Origin: Eledone cirrhosa
Taxonomy: Eukaryota
Length of the DNA: 64,000 nucleotides
Direction of reading: 5' to 3'
Assembly (NCBI GenBank): GCA_964016885.1
Contig: OZ024742.1
Coordinates: 152,148,001-152,212,000 of the forward strand
Below the pieces are notes generated by a model. It saw nothing but the letters and a program-made list of their open reading frames with translations. It did not search any database and was not told the origin of the DNA. Positions 1 through 14,047 of this stretch are shown in pieces. The translations under genes and the position numbers were made by a program. Position 1 is the first letter of the stretch. Every line of letters begins with the position of its first letter.

Positions 1-441
1 AAAACTGGAACACAATAGACCTGACCTGGTGGTTGTGGACAAAGAAAAAAGATCGTGTCTGATTGTGGATGTGGCCTGCCCGTTCGACACGAGAGTGCAA
101 GAGAAGGAGAGGGAGAAAATTAACCGATACCAGGACCTAAAGTGGGAGGTGAAAAGGATTTGGAACTGCCATGAAGTCAAAGTGATCCCGATTGTCATAG
201 GCGCACTGGGGACTATCTCCAAAAGTTTCCAGGGATGGTTAAAGAAAATCGGCCCCTTCACGCTTTTTGGAACGCTTCAAAAGGCATGCTTGCTTGGAAC
301 AGCAAGAACCCTCCGATACGTCCTGAATATCTGAGGCTGCAGGTAGTGGCTTGATATTCAATCCAACGGACTTTCCAGTTAACCAACATCAATGACTGAG
401 ATTCAAGGAATAACAACAATAATAATAATAATAATAATAAT
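1..441 (+). mobile_element. 3' end of an RLE-type non-LTR retrotransposon (R4/Dong-like): restriction-like endonuclease C-terminus, 3' UTR and (AAT)n tail
   Basis: Frame reads RPDLVVVDK...IVDVACPFD...EKINRYQDL...IPIVIGALG...LQKACLLGTARTLRYVL* (PD..D..K RLE motif). Stop at 334, then an (AAC/AAT)n tail at about 409-441. Confidence 0.9.
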
Positions 442-817
442 TGTGAAATAACAATTCTTAGTACAAATAATGCATAAACCACCGAATCAAGTCTCATAAA
501 ATTTCGGATACATATTATATTGTTATATCGCTGAAATATTCAATTTTGTATTATATATTTTGTATTCAAAAAAGAAAATGGTTATAAATGGAAGAAAACA
601 CCCTCTGTCTACACTATATAGAACAGCCAAGTAACAGCAATTTCACCAACACCAGAAACTTGATACACCACCTACCCCATCACACTAAATATAACAGCCA
701 GATAACGGCAATTACACCACCACCACCACCAATCCCAGCATAATAATAATAATAATTACTATTATTATTGTCTCAAGTTTTAACAAAATGTTTAATTCCA
801 ATTTTACGGGAATATGT

Positions 818-948
818 CAACACAATATATATTAAACATACGCGACACAAACGCATAGATACTACAGATCAAACAAAACTAGTTTATTTAACACATATAT
901 TAAACATACGCGACACAAACTCATAGATACTACATATCACAAAACTCA
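818..948. repeat. Tandem duplication of a ~70-bp unit
   Basis: atatattaaacatacgcgacacaaac.catagatactaca.atca occurs twice in tandem. Confidence 0.85.
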
Positions 949-1419
949 GTAACGACAACGCCACCGCCGCCACCACTCCATCCATCATTGCTACCACTAT
1001 CCCATCACCGCCGCCACCACTCCTTCATTGCTACCACCACTATTCCCCTGTTAACTTAAGAAGAAAAAAAGAAAGGGGAAGATGGCGGTATCACTAGACA
1101 AGGGAGAGGCTAGCAAAAGATATAAATAGATTGACTTAGTGACCTGGCCACCGGCCAAACGTCAACAACTATGGCACTGCTGGCTCCACCCTTCCTCACC
1201 AACAATATAAAAAGCCCCAGCACCACCACCGACATAACCAACAACAATAACAGGCAACTTCAGCAAAAAGTATATTATATTATTGTAATGCACTGGGTGA
1301 TTGCTGGCCTTGTGCCTGGTGTGGAGACAATTATTAATAATTTCATTCTTAAGCCACGCAATGCTCACATTAAGGAACCACTCATGATAATAACAATTTA
1401 AAAAAAAACAACAAAAAGA

Positions 1420-4400
1420 AAACCCCGTGACCAAGAAATACCGGGATGGCGGCCGGCGGGGAATAGCCGTGTCTCTAGGGGAGAACGACCCCTCTAGTCT
1501 TGGTTGACACTCGTTCTAGAAGTGGTAACACGAAATGATTACCCCTTGGCGGATAAGGATAAAACGCGACAAAATAAAGTAAATGTCTAATGATAAAATC
1601 TCATACCGGATCGGCCGTCACCCGGGTAAAAAAGGGCCGCGTCCCTCAGAGAGGAACCAGACTGGGGTCGAAAAATCAGCTAATGGTTCAAACCTTCCCA
1701 TCACTTCGGAGCTGGAGACCTCCCATAACCGGAATACTCCTACTGTTGGCCCTCCATGCTCACGACCAAGAAATTCAAAGAAAAAGAGAGAAAAATGGGC
1801 AAGGGAAGATAATAAAGAAGTCCTTGAGGCTTTCTACACCGCCATGTATTACCCATCAAATACATCGAATACAGAACAGACATATATCAACTGGAAAAAG
1901 AAACAACCCGAAAACAGAGGCTATATTGACAGTAACAAACTAGCCAATATACGAAGAAATATTGTAAGAAAAATGTTACTAACTGATATAGAAATTGATC
2001 AGATCAAGCTATTAGCACAAAGTCAGCGAAGGGAAAATGAAACATGTGTCAGTGAAAACGAGGTAAATTGTAACACTTCGAATCCCAGGGTTGGGGCGGA
2101 ATCAATGGCAACAGAACAAGTTAAAGAAAGGATCGAAAAAGTGGAGGGAGTGCATGCTCAAGATGAAACTCCAAATGAAAATAATGAGATCGTAAATGAT
2201 AAAGAAATGAATGAGAATGAACTTGTCAACTTGAAGGATGAAATTATGATCGAATGGATGAAAATGAAAGAATCTGACATGGGGCAACGAGACACCCTCC
2301 CTAAGATCCAGAACTCCAAACAGAACCAAAAGATAATACACAAGACTAACATAATTCTCAAAAACATTATCATCACAAACAAACTAAACATTACTGATTT
2401 AAATCATCTCTATTATGCATCGGCTAAAGTCACCACTCACTTATGTGGAGTGAAGATGAAAAAACAAAGGAATTCCCACAAGAAATCTACTTGGCAAGAG
2501 AACATCAATCGCCAAATAAACCTTCTCCGATCTGACATAGAAATTTTGACAAACTATAAAGTAGGTGAACATGTTAAACAAACTAAACTTAGAAAATTGA
2601 AATGAAAGTACAGTATAAAATCAATAAGTGACATAGACATGCTGATAAAAATAATCAAGCAAAAAGTGTCGGCCAAAGCTGCTCGTATAAGGCGCTTTGA
2701 AAAACGATCTAGATTCTATAAGGACAATAATATGTTCAAAAACAACCAAAGAAACTTCTACAGAAAAATTGGTAAGTCAACAATAACTGCTAAATCAATA
2801 CCACCCAAGGAGGAAGTGCAAGAATTCTGGGAAAAGATCTGGGTCGAAGAAAAAGTTCATAATATACATGCCCCATGGATAGACAAACAAATGAAAGATA
2901 CAGCTCACCTTGAAGAACAAATATGGGAAAATATAACAGTTGAGCAGTTGCGCTTGGCTCTAAGAAAAACCAGCAAATGGAAATCCCCAGGAAAAGACAA
3001 AATACAACATTTTTGGATAAATGCCTTCACAGAGTCTCATGAGCTGTTAGCCCAACTTTACAATGAAATAGTTAAGGAGCCAGAAAAGATACCATCATGG
3101 CTAGTTAACGGCATTACATTCCTGCTTCCGAAGAATGATGAGACGAACAATCCCAAAAATTACAGACCGATAACTTGCTTGAACACAATGTATAAAATTT
3201 TAACATCAATCCTAACTGAATACACATATGACCACCTGATAACAAATGACCTATTTCCCATAGCGCAGAAAGGGTGTAAACCAGGCTCATATGGCTAAGG
3301 ATCAGCTTTTGGTTAACAAAATGATACTGGAAGATTGTCATAATAGGCACAAAAATCTATCGATTGCTTGGATAGATTATAAAAAAGCATTCGATAGTTT
3401 GCCACACAGTTGGATTGAAAAATGTTTACAGATTTTCAAAATATACCCCGTTGTCAGGAGGTTTTTGTCATTCAGTATGAAGACATGGAAAACGACACTC
3501 CTTTTGAATAGCGAAACAAAATCACTGGAAGCTGGAGAAGTTAATATTAATTGTGGAATTTTTCAGGGTGACTCTTTATCACCGCTTTTATTCTGCATCG
3601 CACTTATACCTTTAAGTAAAATGCTCAATGAAACAAAACATGGATATAAAGTCTATGAAAAAACCATTAATCACTTGTTCTACATGGATGACCTGAAGCT
3701 ATTTGCAAAAAATGATGAACAATTGCAAGGGCTATTATCCACTGTGGAGCAGTTCAGTGATGACATTAAAATGGAGTTTGGACTAGATAAATGCGCCAAA
3801 GCAACGTTCACCAGAGGAAAGCTGCTGAAGAGTTCAGACATTAATCTTGATCGGGGGAACGTGATAAGAGAACTTGATCAAGAGGAAACTTACAAATATC
3901 TAGGTGTTTGTGAAGGAGACGGAATCAAGCACTCGACAATGAGGGAAAGGATAAGGAAGGAATGTTACCGCAGAGTAAGAGCAATCTTAAGAACGGAATT
4001 GAATGCAAGGAATAGGATCGATGCCATAAACACGCTTGCCATACGAGTAGTAACCTACAGTTACAATGTCATCAACTGGTCAAGCACAGAGATCCGTAGG
4101 CTCGATACAAAAATTCGAAAATTCTTAACCATGCACAGAATGCATAACCCTTAGGCGGATATAGATCGAATATATCTCCCTAGGAAAGAAGGAGGACGTG
4201 GGTTAATCCAGTTAGATATTGCGTTGAAAACTGCAACAATTGGATTATCTACATATCTAAGGGAATCACATGATTGCATGATCAAACTCGTTTTGAAACA
4301 CGAAAGCATCAAAAGATCATATTCCATTACAAAAGATGCACAAAGATACAGTAATGGACTACAAATTTCAGAAGTCCCATTTACTGCTGAAATGGAAAAC

Positions 4401-5518
4401 ACATAAAAAGCAAAGCAGGTAAAAGTAACTGCAAAGAAAGAACTGCTACAGAAACTGGCTAAGAAATGGCAAGAAAAGCCTCTGTATGGAAAATACCCAG
4501 AGCGAGCTAACAATCCTGATGTTGACAAAACTTTAACCCATCAGTGGTTGGCATCCTCTGGACTGAAATCGGAGACTGAAGGACTGATTATATCAGCACA
4601 AGATCAGTGTCTGCCAACAAAAAATTACCAAACCAACATAATAAAAAATGGATGCAGCCCATTGTGCCGTGTATGCAAAAAACAACCAGAGACCATTGAC
4701 CATATAATTTCAATGTGCAGTCCTATAGCTCCAACCGAATACCTAAACAGGCATGACAGAGCTTCACAATACATACATTGGATAATGTGTAAGCATTTTG
4801 ACCTGCCCCATCAAAAGAATTGGTGGGAGCATCAACCACCTCCCATACTTGAAAAAGATCACATCTCAATCTTGTGGAACTTTAGCATCCAAACAGACCG
4901 ACAAATAGATGCAAATAGATCTGATATAATATTGAAGGACTTTAAAAAGAGGGTATGCCTGCTAATTGATATGTCTGTTCCAATAGACAAGAATGTATCT
5001 ATAAAAACATTTGAAAAATTGAGCAAGTATAAGGACCTGGGGATAGAAATTGGAAAAATGTGGAAATTGAGAACTAAAACAATACCAGTGGTTGTAGGCG
5101 CTCTGGGAATGACACCTAAGGGGTCTAATTATTATCGCAAATCCCAGGAAACCCGCGTATAGGAGAAATACAAAATATAGTACTAATGGGAACTGCCCAT
5201 ATACTAAGGAAGATTCTGTCAATATAAGTACATCACAAGTCTAAACACTAAAGATGCATGTGTGAGTATGTATGTTCTTTCTTGAACATGGCGGACCTTG
5301 TTGTCTCTTGAGGTCACTGGTTGTGACTTGGTGATAACTCGTATGAACATAAAGCAAGTTAAATGCAACTGTAATAATAATAATAATAATAATCACTAAA
5401 GATGCATGTGTGAGTATGTATGTTCTTTCTTGAACATGGCGGACCTTGTTGTCTCTTGAGGTCACTGGTTGTGACTTGGTGATAACTCGTATGAACAAAA
5501 AGCAAGGTAAATGCAACT

Positions 5519-5550
<32 letters not shown>
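1420..5550 (+). mobile_element. Near full-length, inactivated R4/Dong-like non-LTR retrotransposon with structured 5' UTR, duplicated 3' end and (TAA)n tail
   Basis: Single ancestral ORF from ATG 1583 to stop at about 5227, followed by 3' UTR and (TAA)n. Dong-type elements are known to target TAA repeats. Confidence 0.9.
1583..5227 (+). pseudogene. Disrupted RT + CCHC zinc knuckle + RLE polyprotein of the R4/Dong-like element
   Basis: Motifs WKSPGKD, YRPITCL, WIDYKKAFDS, GIFQGDSLSP, YMDD, YKYLG, CRVC..ETIDHIISMC, RHD, NRSDII..IDMSVP..EKLSKY. Broken by stops (2605, 4154, 4406) and frameshifts (about 3295 and 5140). Confidence 0.9.
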
Positions 5551-5552
<2 letters not shown>

Positions 5553-6105
5553 AAGGATGATTTGTTAAGCCTTCATTACGTTTATTGAGTGGTGACGCGC
5601 GTTTCGCTATTGATCAGCTAAAGGTTCGATTTGTATCGATCTGGCCCAACTCGGGAATCAAATGCTCGCCGGGCCTCTGATTTAGTAATGACAGAAGTAT
5701 ATAAATGTCTAACGTTTCGCGTTCATATGTTGGTCAGTTTATGTTGTTTTGATTGGTGGTTTAGTTATGAGGAATGTCTTGGCATATCTGATAGATGTGT
5801 GTGTGGTTGGGCTGAGCGTAGTGTTGAGTTAGTGGTTGGAAGCAATGGTTGATGTTAGTTATGGGCAGTGGTGTTTGGGATTGCCATAAACATGTGGGCG
5901 CATACGCTGTGTTGTAGAGGTGCTGTGTGTGGTGTGGATGCGGTAGGGCTGTGTGTGATAGGAGATGAAAGAATGCGGTGTTGTACTAGGAGTAGGGGGG
6001 GTGGGGGCTTAAGCCGGATATATATATATATATATATATGCATTTCCCATGAACTGAGTGCTCTACCACTACGGATATAACCCACCAGTTTTCTACTATA
6101 ATATG

Positions 6106-6137
<32 letters not shown>

Positions 6138-6182
6138 AACACATCCATCTATATATATATATACTTATATATATATATATAT

Positions 6183-6226
<44 letters not shown>

Positions 6227-6260
6227 GAGTATATATATATATATATATATATATATACGA

Positions 6261-6338
<78 letters not shown>

Positions 6339-6342
<4 letters not shown>

Positions 6343-6460
6343 AGTTGGCAGAGCGTCGGATAGAATTCTTAGCTCTCTCAGTTCAAATCTCGCCGAGGTC
6401 ATCTTTGCTTTTTATCCATGTATGGTTCATAAAAAAGTATCAGTGTAATACTAGGGTTCA
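6339..6460 (+). mobile_element. Decayed tRNA-derived SINE (family A)
   Basis: tggcagagcgtcgga...cagttcaaatctcgccgaggtc.tctttgct matches the other family A copies. Confidence 0.7.
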
Positions 6461-6594
6461 CTCTATTTCTCTTTCGCCTTTCTTTTCACTAATCTCTATA
6501 TGGAGGAAAAGATGGGCCTCACCTGGATTAATCAATGCCCAAGATGTCAATATGGCGCTTATACGACTCTCTCAAGAGTTACGGCTCCATAGAT

Positions 6595-6714
<120 letters not shown>

Positions 6715-7015
6715 TAATATTCTTTATAGTTTCTTGTTACGGTTATATAAATAGAAAAGCTTGCAACAAATCATCCCAGCATTACGTAACGTATTATAAA
6801 TAATATTTTATATACACACATACTTGCACATAAATATACACACTTACACATTATTTTACACAGACATACAATTATATATTGAGAGACAGATTGGGGTTGT
6901 GGGGAGAAAGAGAGAAAAAAATCGGTAGGTATAAATGTATGTGTGTATGTATCGGTAGGTATAAATGTATGTGTGTATGCATGTATTTATGTATGCAGAC
7001 ACATGTCTGTGTCTT

Positions 7016-7153
<138 letters not shown>

Positions 7154-7709
7154 CTCGAAAATTGCATTCACTATAGAAAAGAGTTTTAGTTAAATGTCGG
7201 AAAAATAATATTTTGACAATTTTGACACTGGTTGTGACACACGGTGCCACTCAGACTGGCCAAATGGTGCCAAGCTCTCCCAACGCACTTGAATCTGTCT
7301 TATTAAATGTATGATATCTTCAATAAAATATTGCTTTGCTTTATTTGATGTGGCACGCTAAACAAACATACACAGAACAAGTAAAAAAAAAATAAAAGAA
7401 AGGAACAGAAAAGCAAGCGAACAGATCAACGAAAATATAAATCGAATCAAATTCGGAAACGAATATTATAATATGAAAAATAAGAAATTTCCAACTATAT
7501 TTCCCCAGAAAATATCTTTTTATTGTGAATTACATTCCAGTAGTCTTGCTTATAAATCTAACTCCTTCAATCCAAATGTATATATTTCTATTGTAGGGGG
7601 GATTATTGTCATTATTTTTATTACTTGTGTTTTAATATGTACATACACACAGCGCATAAACACAAATGATGCACACCCATATATATGTATATATACATAT
7701 GTGTGTGTG

Positions 7710-8394
<685 letters not shown>

Positions 8395-9081
8395 AATATA
8401 AATTATCGAGAATCGTATTTCGGCCTATGAAATAACGAAAAACAACCTCCGAGATGTGTTGCAAGTGCTCAATGATTCAGATGAACCAGAGCTACAACAT
8501 ACGTTAAAGGCCAAACACACTGAGACGATGGTTAAACAATCATCCGCACAGCCCCCCTCCGCCCCCCCCCCCCAAAAAAAACGATCAAGTAATTCGGGTC
8601 AAACAAATAAAAATATATGTGATTGAAAATTTACCCGGACCCTTGGATGGTTGGTAAAATCCAGCATTTGGGTTTCTGCGACTCCTAAATCAAGTACTGT
8701 CCGCTTACGTAAATACTGTTAGGCTTCTGGTAAGATGATTGAACAAGGAAGCCACTTTTTCAACAGGTTTTAGTTCAATGCTAATTTAAGGAATGACTAT
8801 TACTGACTCCACGTGGGGTTCGGCAAGGGAGGCAACCCTTATATATATATATATATATATACGGAGTAACAAATTATTGTTATAGGTAGTCCACTTAAGT
8901 GTTATCCAGTTATGGTACTCCGGGTAGTGGATGATATCAACGCTTGGCTAAGTTTGACTCAACAAGGCGTTTCCATAGTGATGTTGCGAGTACGCTGTAA
9001 TTCCTATGTTGTAAACACTTGGAGTAATGATAAATCAGGAAAGAAGAGTGACACGGTTTCCTATACAAAAAAGGTTTTTAA

Positions 9082-9202
9082 TCTCATTGCTGACAATTGT
9101 TTCTCTGAACTGGTAGGTCTAGAGATCGCTACCCGCTTGTTTTTACGTTATTCGATCACCAATACAAAGTTATAACCAGTCAATTCATCGGAGCTTGTGA
9201 GA
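9082..9202 (-). ncRNA. HHR-like motif (CCGAUGA core, long stem II)
   Basis: GCU-CCGAUGA-AUUGACUGGU...ACCAGUUCAGA-GAAAC AAUU GUC-AGC. Palindromic stem III as in PLE minimal HHRs. Confidence 0.6.
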
Positions 9203-9602
9203 ATGAAAAGAATATACAGGCATGGTTACTATATATAGTAGTAATGGCATTCAATCAGAACAATAACAACAATACTAACAATGCTAGCAATAAATTATTT
9301 GAAATAATCACAACATCAATCTAGGTGAGAAGTATAGTATATCTACGATTTTAGCGTGTAAAACTAGCTGACATGAGGCAAATATATAAAATTGACATGT
9401 AAAAGCTGTCATGGGGTGTATTATATATAGTGTAAAGATAAGCCGATGTCTTTAAACAATGTAGGTCTGGTGGCCGTAAGAATCATTTATTATCTGACAG
9501 ATTATAAATTTATCACTGTAGTGAGGATAGTAATATTTGTGTGGTCTATAATAGATGAAAAGATTGTCTAGCTTTCTCATCATCAATAACATACATGTAT
9601 AA

Positions 9603-9820
9603 AGGAACGATCGACTTTCGTCAAATCGGACCGAGGGGACAATGTTTCCGTTGGTCTTTCCAATTGCTAATACTATCTATCGGTCGCAACTCCAGGTAGA
9701 AGGAGCAACGTGAAATAAAGTGTCTTGCTCAAGGACATAACGCATCGCCTGGTCCAGGAATCGAACTCACAACCTTACGATTGCGAATCCAATTCCCTAA
9801 CCACTCAGCCACACGCCTTC
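9603..9820 (-). mobile_element. tRNA-derived SINE (family B) with target-site duplication
   Basis: Minus strand has an A-box-like tggctgagtggtt and a B-box gagttcgattcc. acatgtataa is duplicated at 9593-9602 and 9821-9830, and the opposite arm shows the empty site. Confidence 0.85.
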
Positions 9821-9923
9821 ACATGTATAAGACAACATTAATAGAGTAGCAATATAATGGGCAAGTTAATTCAGAAGTTAAGGAGGCAATATATATATAT
9901 ATATATATATCCATACACACACA

Positions 9924-10074
<151 letters not shown>

Positions 10075-10753
10075 GTACATATAAAGAGAAAACATGCTGA
10101 CTAAATTTTTTAACAGGCGGAAGGTAAAGTTCTGCTGTAGTAGTATTTTGAAATGTTCTTGGATTTAGGTTCATGTGCTGACATCAGCTGAGAAGAGATA
10201 TATTTATGGGTTGATGAGGAAACTTACATACATTAGTGTGGTATAGAACTAAGAAGGCTAGAATGCCTCCTTAACCTCTGGATTAACTTGCCCATTATAT
10301 TGCTACTCTGTTAATGTTGTCTTATACATGTATGTTATTGATGATGAGAAAGATAGACAACCCTTTCATCTAATATAGACCACACAAATATTGAACCTAA
10401 CACCACAATTACTACCACAATATTACTACCCTCACTACAGTGATAGATTCTTCATCTGTCAGATAATAAATGATTCTTACGCCCACCAGACCTACATTGT
10501 TTAAAGACACCAGCTTATCTTTACACTAGATATAATACACCCCATGACAGCTTTTACATGTCAATTTTATACATCTGCCTCATGTCAGCTAGTTTTACAC
10601 GCTAAAAGCGTAGATATACTATACTTCCCACCTAGATTAATGTTGTGATTATTTCAAATAATTTATTGCTAGCATTGTTAGTATTGTTGTTATTGTTCTG
10701 ATTGAATGCCATTACTACTATATATAGTAGCCATGCATGTATATTCTTTTCAT

Positions 10754-10874
10754 TCTCACAAGTTCCGATGAATTGACTGGTTATAACTTTGTATTGGTGA
10801 TCGAATAACGTAAAAACAAGCGAGTAGCGATCTCTAGATCTATCAGTTCAGAGAAACAATTGTCAACAATGAGA
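10754..10874 (+). ncRNA. HHR-like motif (CCGAUGA core, long stem II)
   Basis: GUU-CCGAUGA-AUUGACUGGU...AUCAGUUCAGA-GAAAC AAUU GUC-AAC. Stem I is extended by UCUCA/UGAGA. Confidence 0.6.
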
Positions 10875-10919
10875 TTAAAAACCTTTTTGTATAGCAAACC
10901 GTGTCATTCTTCTTTCCTG

Positions 10920-10975
<56 letters not shown>

Positions 10976-11016
10976 AAATAAATAAGTCAAATGCTTAAAA
11001 TTTGGCTTCGTTTATT

Positions 11017-11071
11017 ACTGCTATATATATTTCGGTGACAGCCATCTTTGGCTGTGACCTCTTCAGGCAGT
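11017..11071 (-). ncRNA. Minimal type I hammerhead ribozyme
   Basis: ACUGC-CUGAAGA-GGUCACAGCC AAAGAU GGCUGUCACC-GAAA-UAUAUA-UA-GCAGU. Confidence 0.85.
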
Positions 11072-11177
11072 CCGAATTAGTGAAATAACAACCCAACCAG
11101 GAACTGGGCATATCATAGTATTGACAAAGTTAAACACCTCAATAACATGTGTACTCGTCTCTATCACACTAATTCGG

Positions 11178-11232
11178 ACTGCCTGAAGAGGTCACAACCA
11201 AAGATGGCTGTCACCGAAATATATATAGCAGT
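11178..11232 (+). ncRNA. Minimal type I hammerhead ribozyme
   Basis: ACUGC-CUGAAGA-GGUCACA..UGUCACC-GAAA-UAUAUA-UA-GCAGU, followed directly by AAUAAA. Confidence 0.85.
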
Positions 11233-11371
11233 AATAAACGAAGCCAAATTTTACACGTTTGACTTATTTATTTTATATTACTCTGGAGTAACCAAACCAA
11301 CCTGTGCACCTCGTCGAGTGCTCCAATCTGCATACTGAGGTGTTGGTATACAACCAACATATACTCAAAAT

Positions 11372-11414
<43 letters not shown>

Positions 11415-11417
<3 letters not shown>

Positions 11418-12907
11418 GGAGGGTCATATTTGTGTAATAATATTGCCAGAATTAATAACAGAACACACTCACTGTTTGGTTGGTTTTCGCTTCTGAGTCC
11501 TTTATATCGGTTAATTTAATTTATTCGGTCCTCAATGTTACCATTGACTGACCAACGGTCAAAAATACAGATACAATATAGACACAAACACATATATATA
11601 GTCTAAGAAAGTTCTTTCGTTGCACATCTGCAACATCGTCAGTGGTGCTATTATGTTTCTCCCGTTGCGCCATCTTTATTTAGTCTGTTTATTTATTTAT
11701 TTGTTTGTTTATTTTTTTTTGTCTTCTCTGCGCATGCTTTTGCGTGTGTATATGGTGTTTTGTTTGATGTGTGTTCGTGTTTGGGTGACTGTGTATTGGT
11801 TAATGTATTCTATATTTACTAGTGTGTGTTTATATGTGTTTGTTGTTATTGTGCTTGTGTATGTATTTATTTATTTATTTATTTATACTTCTCTTAGGTC
11901 AGTGTTGTTTGTTTGGGTTATATTGTTATTCCATTCATTCTTTCTGTTTAGCCTTGGCCTTCTAAGTTCTATTTCGCTGGCCTCTCTGATTTGCCTATCT
12001 ACTGGGTCATTTCTATGTTTAGATATTATTCTAATTTCTATGTTGTCTATGTTACCGTCGTGTTGTTGTCTGGATGGTCGTATAGTACTGAACCGTTTTT
12101 TCGTCCTTTTAGTTCCCCCCAGTGTTGGTCTATCCTTTCACCTATGCTACGAGCTGTCTCGCCTATGTATGTTGTTGTCATGTTTCTGCAAGTACCTTCT
12201 GTACATCTTATGCTATAGACTACGTTTCTAGTTTTACAGTTTATCCGGGGGTTTACTTTACATATGATACATTTCCTATTAGTAAAGTGGGTGTTCTTAA
12301 AAGGGTAGGTTTTGCTGATCAGGGATTTTATGGTGGTTCCTAGCTTTTCTACCACCTTAATCTTTGAATGGGTCTTTCTCAGGGCCTTTCTACACTGGTT
12401 AGCTAATTTCCCTCCAGAGGTAGCGTCCACAAACATGACGCTCTGGTATCTCTGGTTGTCGTACAATGAGGTGGCTTTCCCTATCTTATGTTTAGTTCTA
12501 TCTAAGCTATTCCATGATTTGCTCCTGTATAATGGGCAAATTCCTTTCATGTCCAGTTCTATGAGGGTCTTATACTTCTCCGTGGCTCCCTCGTATATTC
12601 TGATTCTCTCTCTTTGGTTGTAGCCAGAGAACTGCATGCGGTTGATGAAGTGTTGGATGTGTCTTTCCATTTCTGTTGGGTCGCACATGTGGAACACGTT
12701 CTTCATCACTCGTACAAAGTCTGCGATCAGAATATTACACTTAGCACTACTGGACATTGCTGAGTTTTTGAGTATCAGGTATTTGGAGGCCATGGGTTTA
12801 GCATAGTGTTATTAATTCTGGCAATATTATTACACAAATATGACACTCCCCAAGTATAACAATATTCGTTTCGACACACGATTTCATATCAAAAACCTCG
12901 CAAAACT
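11415..12907 (-). mobile_element. 5'-truncated Penelope-like element (Nematis-like) with an inverted terminal fragment
   Basis: RT thumb/linker and GIY-YIG ORF. 11415-11460 is repeated inverted at about 12807-12852. Degenerate HHR core (CUGACGA..GAAA) at about 11603-11646 on the minus strand. Confidence 0.8.
12047..12808 (-). pseudogene. PLE RT C-terminus + GIY-YIG endonuclease fragment
   Basis: MQFSGY, PLYR, MFVDATSGGKLA, IKVVEK, CIICK..NCKTRNVVYSIRC..YIGETARSIGERIDQH. Confidence 0.85.
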
Positions 12908-12943
12908 ACATATATATATATACATACATATATATATATATAT

Positions 12944-13009
<66 letters not shown>

Positions 13010-13040
13010 AGTGTAATTTTCTACACAAAGCGAAGGTTAT

Positions 13041-13950
13041 AGAGAAAATTGAGGTTGGTAATGGCACATGGAATATATAAGAGACAGAATACTTTTTTGT
13101 GAAAAAACATAATTTTATAAGGTAAGGAAATAATAAAGGGTATAACAAATGACCGGTTTCGATGGGTCTGCAAAAGCCATCTTTTCAAATGTTGATTAAT
13201 ATTAAGAAAAATTAATAATACGAAGAGTTAAAATTTGAGACTTGAAAATTCAAGTATAAAATTCCTTGTGGGATTTCATAGCAGTTTTCATCTTGGTAGC
13301 AACAACAGGTTGACTGCTGTGTCCCTTTCTGGTAGTGAATGAGAAGTTATTTGGGGTGTGGGTTATTTTATAAAGGTCAGATTTAGCAATCGCCAGCTGC
13401 TGGTCAGTGAGGGGTGGAAGCAATATACATACACATATCTTCCTGTGATGGGTAGGAGAGTGGAGCGTGATAGAAAGGGATTTAGTGCACTTACAACCTA
13501 GGTGTAAGTGCACTAAATCCCTTTCTATCACGCTCCACTCTCCTACCCATCACAGGAAGATATGTGTATGTATATTGCTTCCACCCCCTCACTGACCAGC
13601 AGCTGGCGATTGCTAAATCTGACCTTTATAAAATAACCCACACCCCAAATAACTTCTCATTCACTACCAGAAAGGGACACAGCAGTCAACCTGTTGTTGC
13701 TACCAAGATGAAAACTGCTATGAAATCCCACAATGAATTTTATACTTGAATTTTCAAGTCTCAAATTTTAACTCTTCGTATTATTAATTTTTCTTAATAT
13801 TAATCAACATTTGAAAAGATGGCTTTTGCAGACCCATCGAAACCGGTCATTTTTTATACCCTTTATTATTTCCTTTCCTTATAAAATTATGTTTTTTCAC
13901 AAAAAAGTATTCTGTCTCTTATATATTCCATGTGCCATTACCAACCTCAA

Positions 13951-13958
<8 letters not shown>
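13041..13958. repeat. Near-perfect ~918-bp palindrome (about 459-bp arms, no spacer, centre cctagg at 13497-13502) of a pLTR-like unit
   Basis: Arms are reverse complements with only a handful of differences, flanked by (TA)n and (CT)n(TA)n. Confidence 0.95.
13806..13855 (+). ncRNA. Minimal HHR, U3-A8 core variant (mirror copy 13144-13193 minus)
   Basis: AACAU-UUGAAAA-GAUGG..CCAUC-GAAA-CCGG-UC-AU. Stem I is weak. Confidence 0.6.

Positions 13959-14043
<85 letters not shown>

Positions 14044-14047
<4 letters not shown>

Larger units (their letters stand above)
10972..11375. mobile_element. Small inverted-repeat element (arms about 10972-11087 and 11163-11277) plus tail, between (TA)n tracts
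   Basis: Reverse-complementary arms, each with a minimal HHR followed by AATAAA. Confidence 0.85.

Noticed and set aside
2603-2605. Programmed readthrough or two-ORF structure in the Dong-like element
   Set aside because: Several other stops and frameshifts are present, so ordinary decay is the simplest explanation.
5586-5740. HHR-like GAAACGCGCGUC and GAAACGUUA on the minus strand
   Set aside because: No matching CUGANGA or stem I was found, so at most this is a decayed remnant.
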